DNA of 64,000 nucleotides, taken from Escherichia coli. Its GTDB lineage: Bacteria; Pseudomonadota; Gammaproteobacteria; Enterobacterales; Enterobacteriaceae. The stretch lies in assembly GCF_036507355.1 (NCBI RefSeq), contig NZ_AP027877.1. The stretch is one strand, 5' to 3'. This document shows, piece after piece, positions 12,986-24,914 of this stretch. A program made the position numbers and the translations under genes. Position 1 is the first letter of the stretch; each line of letters starts with the position of its first letter. The notes below the pieces were generated by a model. The model did no database searches and was not told where the DNA came from. It saw only the letters and a list, made by a program, of their open reading frames with translations.

Positions 12986-13675
12986 TTAAAAGCGGGTTGA
13001 AAAACGATATCCTGTACCGCGCACGGTCTGCACCATGCGGTCATGCCCGCCGGGCTCCAGTGCTTTACGCAGGCGACGAATGTGGACATCGACCGTACGA
13101 TCTTCCACATACACGTTGGTTCCCCAGACGTGGTTTAACAGCTGCTCGCGGCTGTACACGCGCTCAGGATGCGTCATAAAAAAGTGCAGCAGTTTAAATT
13201 CAGTTGGCCCCATCTCCAGCGGTTCTTCGCCTGCCATCACCCGGTGAGATGTCGGGTCGAGACTTAGCCCCTGCATCTCAATCACCTCTTCCACCGCCAT
13301 CGGCGATATACGGCGCATTACCGCTTTGATTCGCGCCACCAGCTCCTTCGGCGAAAACGGCTTGGTGATATAGTCATCCGCACCGGTTTCAAGGCCGCGC
13401 ACGCGATCTTCTTCTTCCCCTCTGGCGGTCAACATCACAACCGGAATATCACGGGTCATCGACTCACGCTTGAGATGTTTGATGAACTGGATACCGGAGC
13501 CGCCGGGTAACATCCAGTCGAGGAGAATTAAATCCGGCCAGGGTTCATTCAGTTGGTTCACAGCACTGTCATAATCTTCCGCTTCGACCGGCTGGAAGCC
13601 ATTTTGCTCGAGCACGAAGCAGACCATTTCGCGAATTGGAGCTTCATCTTCTACGACCAGAATACGTCTCGCCAT
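12986..13675 (-). CDS. phoB: phosphate regulon response regulator
   Basis: 229-aa [45 protein letters not shown]..., recognised PhoB. Confidence 0.96.
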
Positions 13676-13730
13676 GATTTGCCCTGTTGTAATAAATAGA
13701 TTGCGATCATTAATGCGACGTCATTATGCG

Positions 13731-13757
13731 TCAGATTTGTGACAGATTTATGAAAAG
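13731..13757 (-). promoter_or_regulatory. Pho box (PhoB binding site) in phoB promoter
   Basis: Minus-strand sequence TTTTCATAAATCTGTCACAAATCTGAC = tandem CTGTCAT-like 7-bp repeats with 4-bp spacers, ~70 bp upstream of phoB start. Confidence 0.7.
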
Positions 13758-13864
13758 CACGCCGCACATCCTTTCAGGTTATTGATTTCCGTGGTGCAGA
13801 AAAAAGCAAATAGCGCACCTGTTTGGGTATAATCGCGCCCATGCTTTTTCGCCAGGGAACCGTT

Positions 13865-15067
13865 ATGCGCATCCTTCACACCTCAGACTGGCATCTCGGC
13901 CAGAACTTCTACAGTAAAAGCCGCGAAGCTGAACATCAGGCTTTTCTTGACTGGCTGCTGGAAACAGCACAAACCCATCAGGTGGATGCGATTATTGTTG
14001 CTGGTGATGTTTTCGATACCGGCTCGCCGCCCAGTTACGCCCGCACGTTATACAACCGTTTTGTTGTCAATTTACAGCAAACTGGCTGTCATCTGGTGGT
14101 ACTGGCAGGAAACCATGACTCGGTCGCCACGCTGAATGAATCGCGCGATATCATGGCGTTCCTCAATACGACCGTGGTCGCCAGCGCCGGACATGCGCCG
14201 CAAATCTTGCCTCGTCGCGACGGGACGCCAGGCGCCGTGCTGTGCCCCATTCCGTTTTTACGTCCGCGTGACATTATTACCAGCCAGGCGGGGCTTAACG
14301 GTATTGAAAAACAGCAGCATTTACTGGCAGCGATTACCGATTATTACCAACAACACTATGCCGATGCCTGCAAACTGCGCGGCGATCAGCCTCTGCCCAT
14401 CATCGCCACGGGACATTTAACGACCGTGGGGGCCAGTAAAAGTGACGCCGTGCGTGACATTTATATTGGCACGCTGGACGCGTTTCCGGCACAAAACTTT
14501 CCACCAGCCGACTACATCGCGCTCGGGCATATTCACCGCGCACAGATTATTGGCGGCATGGAACATGTTCGCTATTGCGGCTCCCCCATTCCACTGAGTT
14601 TTGATGAATGCGGAAAGAGTAAATATGTCCATCTGGTGACATTTTCAAACGGCAAATTAGAGAGCGTGGAAAACCTGAACGTACCGGTAACGCAACCCAT
14701 GGCAGTGCTGAAAGGCGATCTGGCGTCGATTACCGAACAGCTGGAACAGTGGCGCGATGTATCGCAGGAGCCACCTGTCTGGCTGGATATCGAAATCACT
14801 ACTGATGAGTATCTGCATGATATTCAGCGCAAAATCCAGACATTAACCGAATTATTGCCTGTTGAAGTATTACTGGTACGCCGGAGTCGTGAACAGCGCG
14901 AGCGTGTGTTAGCCAGCCAACAGCGTGAAACCCTCAGCGAACTCAGCGTCGAAGAGGTGTTCAATCGCCGTCTGGCACTGGAAGAACTGGATGAGTCGCA
15001 GCAGCAACGTCTGCGGCATCTTTTCACCACGACGTTGCATAGCCTCGCCGGAGAACACGAAGCATGA
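13865..15067 (+). CDS. sbcD: DNA repair exonuclease SbcCD nuclease subunit D (track ORF extended upstream; start taken at [12 protein letters not shown])
   Basis: Mre11-like phosphoesterase motifs (DWHLG, GDVFD, GNHD); overlaps sbcC start; divergent from phoB. Confidence 0.93.
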   Translation: MRILHTSDWHLGQNFYSKSREAEHQAFLDWLLETAQTHQVDAIIVAGDVFDTGSPPSYARTLYNRFVVNLQQTGCHLVVLAGNHDSVATLNESRDIMAFLNTTVVASAGHAPQILPRRDGTPGAVLCPIPFLRPRDIITSQAGLNGIEKQQHLLAAITDYYQQHYADACKLRGDQPLPIIATGHLTTVGASKSDAVRDIYIGTLDAFPAQNFPPADYIALGHIHRAQIIGGMEHVRYCGSPIPLSFDECGKSKYVHLVTFSNGKLESVENLNVPVTQPMAVLKGDLASITEQLEQWRDVSQEPPVWLDIEITTDEYLHDIQRKIQTLTELLPVEVLLVRRSREQRERVLASQQRETLSELSVEEVFNRRLALEELDESQQQRLRHLFTTTLHSLAGEHEA

Positions 15068-18000
15068 AAATTCTCAGCCTGCGCCTGAAAAACCTGAACT
15101 CATTAAAAGGCGAATGGAAGATTGATTTCACCCGCGAGCCGTTCGCCAGCAACGGGCTGTTTGCCATTACCGGCCCAACCGGTGCGGGGAAAACCACCCT
15201 GCTGGACGCCATTTGTCTGGCGCTGTATCACGAAACTCCGCGTCTCTCTAACGTTTCACAATCGCAAAATGATCTCATGACCCGCGATACCGCTGAATGT
15301 CTGGCGGAGGTGGAGTTTGAAGTGAAAGGTCAAGCGTATCGCGCGTTCTGGAGCCAGAATCGGGCGCGTAACCAACCCGACGGTAATTTGCAGGTGCCAC
15401 GCGTAGAGCTGGCGCGCTGCGCCGACGGCAAAATTCTCGCCGACAAAGTGAAAGATAAGCTGGAACTGACAGCGACGTTAACCGGGCTGGATTACGGGCG
15501 CTTCACCCGTTCGATGCTGCTTTCGCAGGGGCAATTTGCTGCCTTCCTGAATGCCAAACCCAAAGAACGCGCGGAATTGCTCGAGGAGTTAACCGGCACT
15601 GAAATCTACGGGCAAATCTCGGCGATGGTTTTTGAGCAGCACAAATCGGCCCGCACTGAGCTGGAGAAGCTGCAAGCGCAGGCCAGCGGCGTCGCGTTGC
15701 TCACGCCGGAACAAGTGCAATCGCTGACAGCGAGTTTGCAGGTACTTACTGACGAAGAAAAACAGTTACTTACCGCGCAGCAGCAAGAACAACAATCACT
15801 AAACTGGTTAACGCGTCTGGACGAATTGCAGCAAGAAGCCAGCCGCCGTCAGCAGGCCTTGCAACAGGCGTTAGCCGAAGAAGAAAAAGCGCAACCTCAA
15901 CTGGCGGCGCTCAGTCTGGCACAACCGGCACGAAATCTTCGTCCGCACTGGGAACGCATCACAGAACACAGCGCGGCGCTGGCGCATACTCGCCAGCAGA
16001 TTGAAGAAGTAAATACTCGCTTACAGAGCACAATGGCGCTTCGCGCGAGCATTCGCCACCACGCGGCGAAGCAGTCAGCAGAATTACAGCAGCAGCAACA
16101 AAGCCTGAATACCTGGTTACAGGAACACGACCGCTTCCGTCAGTGGAACAACGAACTGGCGGGTTGGCGTGCGCAGTTCTCCCAACAAACCAGCGATCGC
16201 GAGCATCTGCGGCAATGGCAGCAACAGTTAACCCATGCTGAGCAAAAACTTAATACCCTTGCGGCGATCACGTTGACGTTAACCGCCGATGAAGTTGCTA
16301 GCGCCCTGGCGCAACATGCCGAGCAACGCCCACTGCGTCAGCGCCTGGTCGCGCTGCATGGGCAGATTGTTCCCCAACAAAAACGTCTGGCGCAGTTAAT
16401 GGTCACTATCCAGAATGTCACTCTGGAACAGACGCAACGTAATGCCGCACTTAACGAAATGCGCCAGCGTTATAAAGAAAAGACGCAGCAACTTGCCGAT
16501 GTGAAAACCATTTGCGAGCAGGAAGCGCGCATCAAAACGCTGGAAGCCCAGCGCGCGCAGTTACAGGCGGGTCAGCCTTGTCCACTTTGTGGTTCCACCA
16601 GCCATCCAGCGGTCGAGGCGTATCAGGCGCTGGAACCGGGCGTTAATCAGGCCCGGCTATTAACGCTGGAAAAAGAAGTGAAAAAGCTCGGCGAAGAAGG
16701 TGCGGCGCTGCGCGGGCAACTGGATGCATTAACGAAGCAGCTTCAGCGCGATGAAAACGAAGCGCAAAGCCTCCGACAAGATGAGCAAGCACTTACTCAA
16801 CAATGGCAAGCCGTCACAGCCAGCCTCAATATCACCTTGCAGCCACAGGACGATATTCAACCGTGGCTGGATGCACAAGATGAGCACGAACGCCAGCTGC
16901 GGTTACTCAGCCAACGGCATGAATTACAAGGGCAGATTGCCGCGCATAATCAGCAAATTATCCAGTATCAACAGCAAATTGAACAACGCCAGCAACTACT
17001 TTTAACGACATTGACGGGTTATGCACTGACATTGCCACAGGAAGATGAAGAAGAGAGCTGGTTGGCGACACGTCAGCAAGAAGCGCAGAGCTGGCAGCAA
17101 CGCCAGAACGAATTAACCGCGCTGCAAAACCGTATTCAGCAGCTGACGCCGATTCTGGAAACGTTGCCGCAAAGTGATGAACTCCCGCACTGCGAAGAAA
17201 CTGTGGTATTGGAAAACTGGCGGCAGGTACATGAACAATGTCTCGCATTACACAGCCAGCAGCAGACGTTACAGCAACAGGACGTTCTGGCAGCGCAAAG
17301 TCTGCAAAAAGCCCAGGCGCAGTTTGACACCGCGCTACAGGCCAGCGTCTTTGACGATCAGCAGGCGTTCCTTGCGGCGCTAATGGATGAACAAACACTA
17401 ACGCAACTGGAACAGCTCAAGCAGAATCTGGAAAACCAGCGCCGTCAGGCGCAAACGCTGGTCACTCAGACAGCAGAAACGCTGGCACAGCATCAGCAAC
17501 ACCGACCTGGCGGGTTGGCTCTCACTGTGACGGTGGAGCAGATTCAGCAAGAGTTAGCGCAAACTCACCAAAAGTTGCGTGAAAACACCACGAGTCAAGG
17601 CGAGATTCGCCAGCAGCTGAAGCAGGATGCAGATAACCGTCAGCAACAACAGACCTTAATGCAGCAAATTGCTCAAATGACGCAGCAGGTTGAGGACTGG
17701 GGATATCTGAATTCGCTAATAGGTTCCAAAGAGGGCGATAAATTCCGCAAGTTTGCCCAGGGGCTGACGCTGGATAATTTAGTTCATCTCGCTAATCAGC
17801 AACTTACCCGGCTGCACGGGCGCTATCTGTTACAGCGCAAAGCCAGCGAGGCGCTGGAAGTCGAGGTTGTTGATACCTGGCAGGCAGATGCGGTACGCGA
17901 TACCCGTACCCTTTCCGGCGGCGAAAGTTTCCTCGTTAGTCTGGCGCTGGCGCTGGCGCTTTCGGATCTGGTCAGCCATAAAACACGTATTGACTCGCTG

Positions 18001-18207
18001 TTCCTTGATGAAGGTTTTGGCACGCTGGATAGCGAAACGCTGGATACCGCCCTTGATGCGCTGGATGCCCTGAACGCCAGTGGCAAAACCATCGGTGTGA
18101 TTAGCCACGTAGAAGCGATGAAAGAGCGTATTCCGGTGCAGATCAAAGTGAAAAAGATCAACGGCCTGGGCTACAGCAAACTGGAAAGTACGTTTGCAGT
18201 GAAATAA
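15064..18207 (+). CDS. sbcC: DNA repair exonuclease SbcCD ATPase subunit C
   Basis: 1047-aa ORF with N-terminal Walker [10 protein letters not shown], long Q-rich coiled coil with central CPLCGS zinc hook, C-terminal signature [17 protein letters not shown] and Walker [12 protein letters not shown]. Confidence 0.95.
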   Translation: MKILSLRLKNLNSLKGEWKIDFTREPFASNGLFAITGPTGAGKTTLLDAICLALYHETPRLSNVSQSQNDLMTRDTAECLAEVEFEVKGQAYRAFWSQNRARNQPDGNLQVPRVELARCADGKILADKVKDKLELTATLTGLDYGRFTRSMLLSQGQFAAFLNAKPKERAELLEELTGTEIYGQISAMVFEQHKSARTELEKLQAQASGVALLTPEQVQSLTASLQVLTDEEKQLLTAQQQEQQSLNWLTRLDELQQEASRRQQALQQALAEEEKAQPQLAALSLAQPARNLRPHWERITEHSAALAHTRQQIEEVNTRLQSTMALRASIRHHAAKQSAELQQQQQSLNTWLQEHDRFRQWNNELAGWRAQFSQQTSDREHLRQWQQQLTHAEQKLNTLAAITLTLTADEVASALAQHAEQRPLRQRLVALHGQIVPQQKRLAQLMVTIQNVTLEQTQRNAALNEMRQRYKEKTQQLADVKTICEQEARIKTLEAQRAQLQAGQPCPLCGSTSHPAVEAYQALEPGVNQARLLTLEKEVKKLGEEGAALRGQLDALTKQLQRDENEAQSLRQDEQALTQQWQAVTASLNITLQPQDDIQPWLDAQDEHERQLRLLSQRHELQGQIAAHNQQIIQYQQQIEQRQQLLLTTLTGYALTLPQEDEEESWLATRQQEAQSWQQRQNELTALQNRIQQLTPILETLPQSDELPHCEETVVLENWRQVHEQCLALHSQQQTLQQQDVLAAQSLQKAQAQFDTALQASVFDDQQAFLAALMDEQTLTQLEQLKQNLENQRRQAQTLVTQTAETLAQHQQHRPGGLALTVTVEQIQQELAQTHQKLRENTTSQGEIRQQLKQDADNRQQQQTLMQQIAQMTQQVEDWGYLNSLIGSKEGDKFRKFAQGLTLDNLVHLANQQLTRLHGRYLLQRKASEALEVEVVDTWQADAVRDTRTLSGGESFLVSLALALALSDLVSHKTRIDSLFLDEGFGTLDSETLDTALDALDALNASGKTIGVISHVEAMKERIPVQIKVKKINGLGYSKLESTFAVK

Positions 18208-18332
18208 CTATTCAGCAGGATAATGAATACAGAGGGGCGAATTATCTCTTGGCCTTGCTGGTCGTTATCCTGCAAGCTATCACTTTATTGGCTACGGTGA
18301 TTGGTAGCCGTTCTGGTGGTTGTGATGGTGGT

Positions 18333-19517
18333 ATGAAAAAAGTCATTTTATCTTTGGCTCTGGGCACGTTTGGTTTGGGGATGGCCGAATTTGGCATTAT
18401 GGGCGTGCTCACGGAGCTGGCGCATAACGTAGGAATTTCGATTCCTGCTGCCGGGCATATGATCTCGTATTATGCGCTGGGGGTGGTGGTCGGTGCGCCA
18501 ATAATCGCACTCTTTTCCAGCCGCTACTCACTCAAACATATCTTGTTGTTTCTGGTGGCGTTGTGCGTCATTGGCAACGCCATGTTCACGCTCTCTTCGT
18601 CTTACCTGATGCTTGCCATTGGTCGCCTGGTTTCCGGCTTTCCGCATGGCGCATTTTTTGGCGTCGGAGCGATCGTGTTATCAAAAATTATCAAACCCGG
18701 AAAAGTCACCGCCGCCGTGGCGGGGATGGTTTCCGGGATGACAGTCGCCAATTTGCTGGGCATTCCGCTGGGAACGTATTTAAGTCAGGAATTTAGCTGG
18801 CGTTACACCTTTTTATTGATCGCTGTTTTTAATATTGCGGTGATGGCATCGGTCTATTTTTGGGTGCCGGATATTCGCGACGAGGCGAAAGGAAAGCTGC
18901 GCGAACAATTTCACTTTTTGCGCAGCCCGGCCCCGTGGTTAATTTTCGCCGCCACCATGTTTGGCAACGCAGGTGTGTTTGCCTGGTTCAGCTACGTAAA
19001 GCCATACATGATGTTTATTTCCGGTTTTTCGGAAACGGCGATGACCTTTATTATGATGTTAGTTGGGCTAGGGATGGTGCTGGGAAATATGCTAAGTGGC
19101 AGGATTTCAGGACGTTATTCACCACTGCGCATTGCAGCAGTGACTGACTTTATCATTGTACTGGCACTGCTGATGCTCTTTTTCTGCGGCGGCATGAAAA
19201 CAACGTCGCTTATTTTTGCTTTTATTTGTTGCGCGGGATTATTTGCCCTTTCAGCACCTCTACAAATATTATTACTGCAAAATGCCAAAGGCGGAGAGTT
19301 ATTAGGTGCCGCAGGTGGGCAAATAGCGTTTAACCTCGGTAGCGCCGTCGGCGCATATTGCGGAGGTATGATGCTGACGCTGGGGCTGGCATATAATTAC
19401 GTGACGCTGCCTGCCGCCCTGCTTTCGTTTGCTGCGATGTCATCGTTGCTGCTGTATGGTCGCTATAAGCGCCAGCAAGCGGCGGATAGTCCGGTGCTGG
19501 CGAAACCACTGGGGTAG
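18333..19517 (+). CDS. araJ: MFS transporter AraJ (start taken at MKKVILSLALGTF)
   Basis: 12-TM MFS-type ORF following sbcC, matches AraJ by sequence memory and synteny. Confidence 0.88.
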   Translation: MKKVILSLALGTFGLGMAEFGIMGVLTELAHNVGISIPAAGHMISYYALGVVVGAPIIALFSSRYSLKHILLFLVALCVIGNAMFTLSSSYLMLAIGRLVSGFPHGAFFGVGAIVLSKIIKPGKVTAAVAGMVSGMTVANLLGIPLGTYLSQEFSWRYTFLLIAVFNIAVMASVYFWVPDIRDEAKGKLREQFHFLRSPAPWLIFAATMFGNAGVFAWFSYVKPYMMFISGFSETAMTFIMMLVGLGMVLGNMLSGRISGRYSPLRIAAVTDFIIVLALLMLFFCGGMKTTSLIFAFICCAGLFALSAPLQILLLQNAKGGELLGAAGGQIAFNLGSAVGAYCGGMMLTLGLAYNYVTLPAALLSFAAMSSLLLYGRYKRQQAADSPVLAKPLG

Positions 19518-19545
19518 ATTACTGTCACGGTGCGCGTTGCTTATT

Positions 19546-19634
19546 GCCGGATGCGGCGTGAACGCCTTATCCGCCCTACGCGGTTCTGGCACATTTTGTA
19601 GGCCTGATAAGATGCGGCAAGCGTCGCATCAGGC
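19546..19634. repeat. REP/BIME element (two palindromic units) between araJ and mak
   Basis: GCCGGATGCGGCGTGAACGCCTTATCCGCC and GTAGGCCTGATAAGATGCGGCAAGCGTCGCATCAGGC, the classic E. coli REP consensus family. Confidence 0.85.
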
Positions 19635-19659
19635 ATGATGCGCCAATTGCCTGGGTTTT

Positions 19660-20568
19660 TTACTCTTGTGGCCATAACCACGCAGCGCCGCGTACGCCGC
19701 TGGAATCACCGTGCTTCGCCTTACGCACCGGCGTTTCACATTCGCCGCCGAAGACAAATTGTTTAATCAACTGCGGAACCGTTTGATATAAACGGTCCAC
19801 ATTGCTCATCCCGCCCCCCAGGACAATCACATCCGGATCGAGAATATTCACGACATGTGCCAGCGATTTTGCCAGCCGCAGCTCGTAGCGACGCAATGCC
19901 AGTTCCGCTACCGGATCGCTTTCTTCAACCAGGCGGATAATTTCACTGCCTTTCAGCGCATGTCCGCTCAAACGACGATAATCCGTCGCGAATCCCGTGC
20001 CCGAAATAAAGGTTTCAATACAACCTTGTTTACCGCAATAACAAGGGACTTCCTCGCGATAACGCAGTTCGTCTTCGTCCATCCACGGTAGCGGATTGTG
20101 TCCCCACTCACCTGCCGTGCCATTGCCGCCGATATGCGCCCGCCCATTGAATGCCACACCCGCGCCGCATCCCGTGCCGATAATCACGGCAAATACCGTC
20201 TGCGCTCCCGCTGCCGCGCCATCTACTGCTTCTGAAACCGCCAGACAGTTGGCGTCATTTGCCAGCCGCACTTCCCGCTGCAACCTCGCGCTTAAGTCTT
20301 TATCGAATGGCTGACCGTTGAGCCAGGTTGAATTGGCATTCTTCACCACACCGGTGTAAGGCGAAATTGAGCCAGGAATGCCCATACCTACCGTTCCGCG
20401 CTGCCCCGTCGCCTGCTCCGCCATATCAACCAACGTGGCGATCGTTTCAATAGTCTGCCGGTAATCATCACGCGGCGTGGGCAGACGATGGCGGTACAAC
20501 TGCTCCCCTGCATCGCCCAGTGCAATCACTTCAGTTTTGGTGCCGCCTAAATCGATACCTATACGCAC
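19660..20568 (-). CDS. mak: fructokinase/mannokinase Mak (ROK family), GTG start at [14 protein letters not shown]
   Basis: ROK-family motifs ([19 protein letters not shown] zinc site); synteny araJ-mak-rdgC. Confidence 0.9.
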   Translation of the reverse strand: MRIGIDLGGTKTEVIALGDAGEQLYRHRLPTPRDDYRQTIETIATLVDMAEQATGQRGTVGMGIPGSISPYTGVVKNANSTWLNGQPFDKDLSARLQREVRLANDANCLAVSEAVDGAAAGAQTVFAVIIGTGCGAGVAFNGRAHIGGNGTAGEWGHNPLPWMDEDELRYREEVPCYCGKQGCIETFISGTGFATDYRRLSGHALKGSEIIRLVEESDPVAELALRRYELRLAKSLAHVVNILDPDVIVLGGGMSNVDRLYQTVPQLIKQFVFGGECETPVRKAKHGDSSGVRGAAWLWPQE

Positions 20569-20692
20569 GGTACTCTCCTTATTTTTTTCAATATCAATAG
20601 CGTAGAGACGGACAACCGGATTGGCAATGCAAGGCCGCCGACAATTCGTTATCATGCCCGCTAAATTTAACGACAAGGCCGTGGAAATTATC

Positions 20693-21604
20693 ATGCTGTG
20701 GTTCAAAAATTTAATGGTTTACCGTCTTAGCCGCGAGATTTCGCTGCGTGCAGAAGAGATGGAAAAACAGCTAGCCTCGATGGCATTTACCCCATGCGGC
20801 AGCCAGGACATGGCGAAGATGGGCTGGGTTCCTCCGATGGGATCGCACAGCGATGCGTTAACGCACGTTGCCAATGGTCAAATTGTTATCTGCGCGCGCA
20901 AAGAAGAAAAAATCCTACCGTCTCCGGTGATTAAACAGGCGCTGGAAGCGAAAATCGCCAAACTGGAAGCGGAACAGGCGCGTAAGCTGAAGAAAACCGA
21001 AAAAGATTCGCTGAAAGACGAAGTGCTGCACTCTCTGTTGCCGCGTGCTTTCAGCCGTTTTAGCCAGACAATGATGTGGATCGACACGGTTAACGGTTTG
21101 ATTATGGTGGACTGCGCCAGTGCCAAAAAAGCGGAAGATACGCTGGCACTGCTGCGTAAAAGCCTGGGGTCGTTACCGGTTGTACCATTGAGCATGGAAA
21201 ACCCGATTGAACTGACGCTGACCGAATGGGTACGTTCCGGTAGTGCGGCACAGGGCTTCCAGTTGCTTGATGAAGCCGAGCTGAAATCGCTGCTGGAAGA
21301 TGGCGGCGTGATCCGCGCGAAGAAACAAGATCTGACCAGCGAAGAGATCACCAATCACATCGAAGCCGGAAAAGTGGTGACTAAACTGGCGCTCGACTGG
21401 CAGCAGCGCATTCAGTTTGTGATGTGCGACGATGGTTCGCTCAAGCGTCTGAAGTTCTGCGACGAGCTGCGCGATCAAAACGAAGATATCGACCGTGAAG
21501 ATTTCGCCCAGCGTTTTGATGCCGATTTCATCCTGATGACTGGTGAACTGGCAGCGTTAATTCAAAACCTGATTGAAGGATTAGGTGGCGAAGCACAACG
21601 TTAA
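20693..21604 (+). CDS. rdgC: recombination-associated protein RdgC (start taken at [12 protein letters not shown])
   Basis: 303-aa product recognised as RdgC; divergent from mak. Confidence 0.93.
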
Positions 21605-21623
21605 TTGCTGATTTTCCTTTAAT

Positions 21624-21656
21624 GCCGGATGCGACGCCTGCCGCGTCTTATCCGGC
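21624..21656. repeat. REP palindromic unit downstream of rdgC
   Basis: GCCGGATGCGACGCCTGCCGCGTCTTATCCGGC. Confidence 0.8.
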
Positions 21657-21681
21657 GTACAAAGCCACACCAGGCATATAA

Positions 21682-22137
21682 TTATTCGCTACGGCGGGCA
21701 ATAATTTTTAGCGCAGCAATATTATGCGTTTTACGCCGTAACTGATCGAATCGTCTCATCCCTATTCGCCTGTCAGCAGCACGCAGAATATTCACTAACC
21801 CCCATTTATCGCTGGTAAATTGTTTTGTTAACAGCTCCGCTTTTGGGGTATCAATATATTCACGCAATAAATCAGAAATTGAACAAATATCCGTCAGGTA
21901 AGGATACCAGCAAGTTTCACCGTGAAAATTACGCACTCCACCGTTACCTGCAATAAAGTCTTTCGGGTAATCCCAGATCACGTTTTTATCCAACGTGATC
22001 CAATAACGCGGTAAATCGGTGCTTCCACCATTTTGGCTGCGCATGGGATAACGGGTACAGTGAATTTGCAGGTTGATCGTTGGCGTCAGTAAGTCATAGA
22101 TCTCCCGCTGTAACTTGCTCCATGGACGTTGTGTCAT
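21682..22137 (-). CDS. hypothetical protein, 151 aa, distal gene of an AT-rich accessory operon (possibly the counterpart of K-12 ykiA, unverified)
   Basis: Intact ORF; start ATG overlaps the stop of the upstream 169-aa ORF by 4 nt (ATGA), indicating translational coupling; below-average GC. Confidence 0.6.
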   Translation of the reverse strand: MTQRPWSKLQREIYDLLTPTINLQIHCTRYPMRSQNGGSTDLPRYWITLDKNVIWDYPKDFIAGNGGVRNFHGETCWYPYLTDICSISDLLREYIDTPKAELLTKQFTSDKWGLVNILRAADRRIGMRRFDQLRRKTHNIAALKIIARRSE

Positions 22138-22643
22138 TGTTTTTCCTCAAGCCGGTGACGCGCTTCACTGCGAATTTTCCGCGTTGCCCCGGTTTTCACT
22201 AAATCACGTAACAGCGAAAGATCGGGTTGTTCGACAAATAAGAGTAATGATGGATCCTCTTTTAACCACGCCGTTTTCACATCGGCAGCCAGCTGTGGAT
22301 TATTAATAGCCAGCGACCGATCCTGAGGCTCAGTCAATGTCGTTAACAACGACGCCGGGGTATGTGCGTTGCGTAATGCCGTTTGGCGCAAATGATCATT
22401 GCGACTTTGCAGCAATGCACGCCACCATTCATCATCTGATTTATCTTTTATCGTCGCCAGTTCCGCAAAAATATCGCTATCCTCACGGTTCCAGCGGTGT
22501 AATCCTCTTTCACTTTGCCTACGGGTGCTATTTTTCATACTGACAACAGACAGCGCCCAGTCAGAGTTGAAGCGATACTGTTGATCGAGTTTGTTGATAA
22601 TTCCGGAAGATAAATCTTTATTATCAAATAATTGGTTACGCAT
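22134..22643 (-). CDS. hypothetical repeat-containing protein, 169-aa frame; probably the C-terminal part of the upstream large ORF after a frameshift
   Basis: Frame overlaps the 3' 109 nt of ORF 22535-24154; product continues the same Leu/Arg-rich helical repeat character (HTPASLLTTLTEPQDRSLAINNPQLAADV...). Confidence 0.5.
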   Translation of the reverse strand: MRNQLFDNKDLSSGIINKLDQQYRFNSDWALSVVSMKNSTRRQSERGLHRWNREDSDIFAELATIKDKSDDEWWRALLQSRNDHLRQTALRNAHTPASLLTTLTEPQDRSLAINNPQLAADVKTAWLKEDPSLLLFVEQPDLSLLRDLVKTGATRKIRSEARHRLEEKQ

Positions 22644-24201
22644 TCGATAGCGGTATTCAGCGGGTAAATCAACCGTAAATCAATGGCATTATTTAACATC
22701 TCTTCGTCAACAACACCATTATCAATCAGCGCCAGCTGTACTTCGTAGGCTTGCTCTTGATCTTCTTGCCGTTTGCTCATCATTAAATTTAATGTGCGTT
22801 GCCATAACTGTTTCTTATATTCCAGCGGCAATAATTTATCGCGTGCCAGCTCATCCCAGACGGTGGGAACATCATGCTGAGTCAGTAGATAACTAATTAC
22901 TTCCCTCGATGTCAGATAACGCGCACCTTCGCGCAAATTGTGCACATCTTCTTTTGCCAGAGACAGTTGACGCATCTCCGGCAACGCTATCAATAACGCC
23001 TTTACGATATTTTTATTTTCTTTATTATCCAGATACATTTGTTCTGCGATACGTTCAATATCCTCTGTACGCAGGGTTGCTGACAGTTGGGTAATTTTTA
23101 ATTCAGTAAGCGTCCGGGCTAATGCTTCACGAACTTTCAGTGATTTATCTTTACTCAACATCACTGCTTGTTGTGCGGTTAAATCTGCTCCGGTAATTCT
23201 TTCACGTAACTCCGGGTCTTCGTTATTTATCAACTCATCGGCCACTGCAGTCGGAACCAGCCAGGCGTAATCGTAATGGCTGAGTAATGTCTTGCGTACA
23301 CTGAGAAAGGGGCTATGACTTAACGACGCAACAATATCTGGAGAAAGATTATCCTGTCTGGCCTGCTCCAGCTGTACGCTCTCGACGGGTACAGACATTA
23401 ATTTTTTATTCACATCGGCGGAAATATTACTGTTTTTAACCAGCCCTCTGGCAACAGCCTCATCTTTAATTAATTCATCGGTAAGCAAATGCATCTGTTG
23501 AGCGGGCCAGGACTGCGCCATCGATTCACGCGTCTGGTCATCGGGGTGCTGTAACAGTTGCAGCATAACGGCGGGTGATAAACTCTCTGTATGAGTCAGA
23601 AAACGCGCCACCAGTGGATCTTGATGCTTTATTTTATTCGCTGGGAAATTATCGAGTTTCCCCGTTTCAATCCATTTTAATTTCTCATTAATTTCAGGAG
23701 CGGCTTTATCTCGAAAAAGCGGTAAACCCTGAACGATGTTGTCTGCGACGCTATCATAGTCAGGATACGCATTGGAAATGTTATCGGTTTCGATTTCAGT
23801 GTGATCATAAAGATCGGCAGTCACCAGTGAATAGGATTTTTGAATATTCTCATCCCAGTTATATCCTTCACCACTTCCATCTTCATTGATATAAAATTCA
23901 GCTTTAATGACTTCAAATTGCGTTGCTTTATCGGAAACAATAATGCCTCGCGCACTAATTCCCTTCATCACTTCAAAGTTATGATCATTGTAATCAGCAT
24001 AAACTAAACCTTTCGCTGTCATCTGTCCTTTGACATACGCGAAATCATGATTAATAAAGTTATCGACAATAACATTACCTAATACAATCAGATGACCATT
24101 ACCTGACAGATAATCATCATAATCGCCGGAAATCGTTAAATTACCGTTCACCACCAGTTTATTTTGATTGCTGAAGTTAGCGGGTAATGATAGGTCACCA
24201 T
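22535..24201 (-). pseudogene. large repeat-rich (HEAT/LRV-like helical repeats, by-eye call) protein gene, N-terminally truncated by IS1 and probably frameshifted near 22680
   Basis: Reading frame is open upstream of the annotated GTG (24154) straight into the IS1 end at 24202 with no start codon; repeated motifs of type LSPDIVASLSHSPFLSVRKTL / DPELRERITGADLTAQQAVMLSKDKSLKVREALA; AT-rich. Confidence 0.6.
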
Positions 24202-24216
24202 GGTAATGACTCCAAC

Positions 24217-24720
24217 TTATTGATAGTGTTTTATGTTCAGATAATGCCCGATGACTTTGTCATGCAGCTCCACCGATTTTGAGAACGACAGCGACTTCCG
24301 TCCCAGCCGTGCCAGGTGCTGCCTCAGATTCAGGTTATGCCGCTCAATTCGCTGCGTATATCGCTTGCTGATTACGTGCAGCTTTCCCTTCAGGCGGGAT
24401 TCATACAGCGGCCAGCCATCCGTCATCCATATCACCACGTCAAAGGGTGACAGCAGGCTCATAAGACGCCCCAGCGTCGCCATCGTGCGTTCACCGAATA
24501 CGTGCGCAACAACCGTCTTCCGGAGCCTGTCATACGCGTAAAACAGCCAGCGCTGGCGCGATTTAGCCCCGACATAGCCCCACTGTTCGTCCATTTCCGC
24601 GCAGACGATGACGTCACTGCCCGGCTGTATGCGCGAGGTTACCGACTGCGGCCTGAGTTTTTTAAGTGACGTAAAATCGTGTTGAGGCCAACGCCCATAA
24701 TGCGGGCTGTTGCCCGGCAT
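24217..24720 (-). CDS. insB: IS1 transposase InsB (expressed as InsAB' by -1 frameshift)
   Basis: 167-aa [19 protein letters not shown]..., recognised IS1 InsB. Confidence 0.93.
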
Positions 24721-24914
24721 CCAACGCCATTCATGGCCATATCAATGATTTTCTGGTGCGTACCGGGTTGAGAAGCGGTGTAAGTGAACTGCAGTTGCCA
24801 TGTTTTACGGCAGTGAGAGCAGAGATAGCGCTGATGTCCGGCGGTGCTTTTGCCGTTACGCACCACCCCGTCAGTAGCTGAACAGGAGGGACAGCTGATA
24901 GAAACAGAAGCCAC
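24639..24914 (-). CDS. insA: IS1 protein InsA
   Basis: 91-aa [46 protein letters not shown]..., recognised IS1 InsA. Confidence 0.95.
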
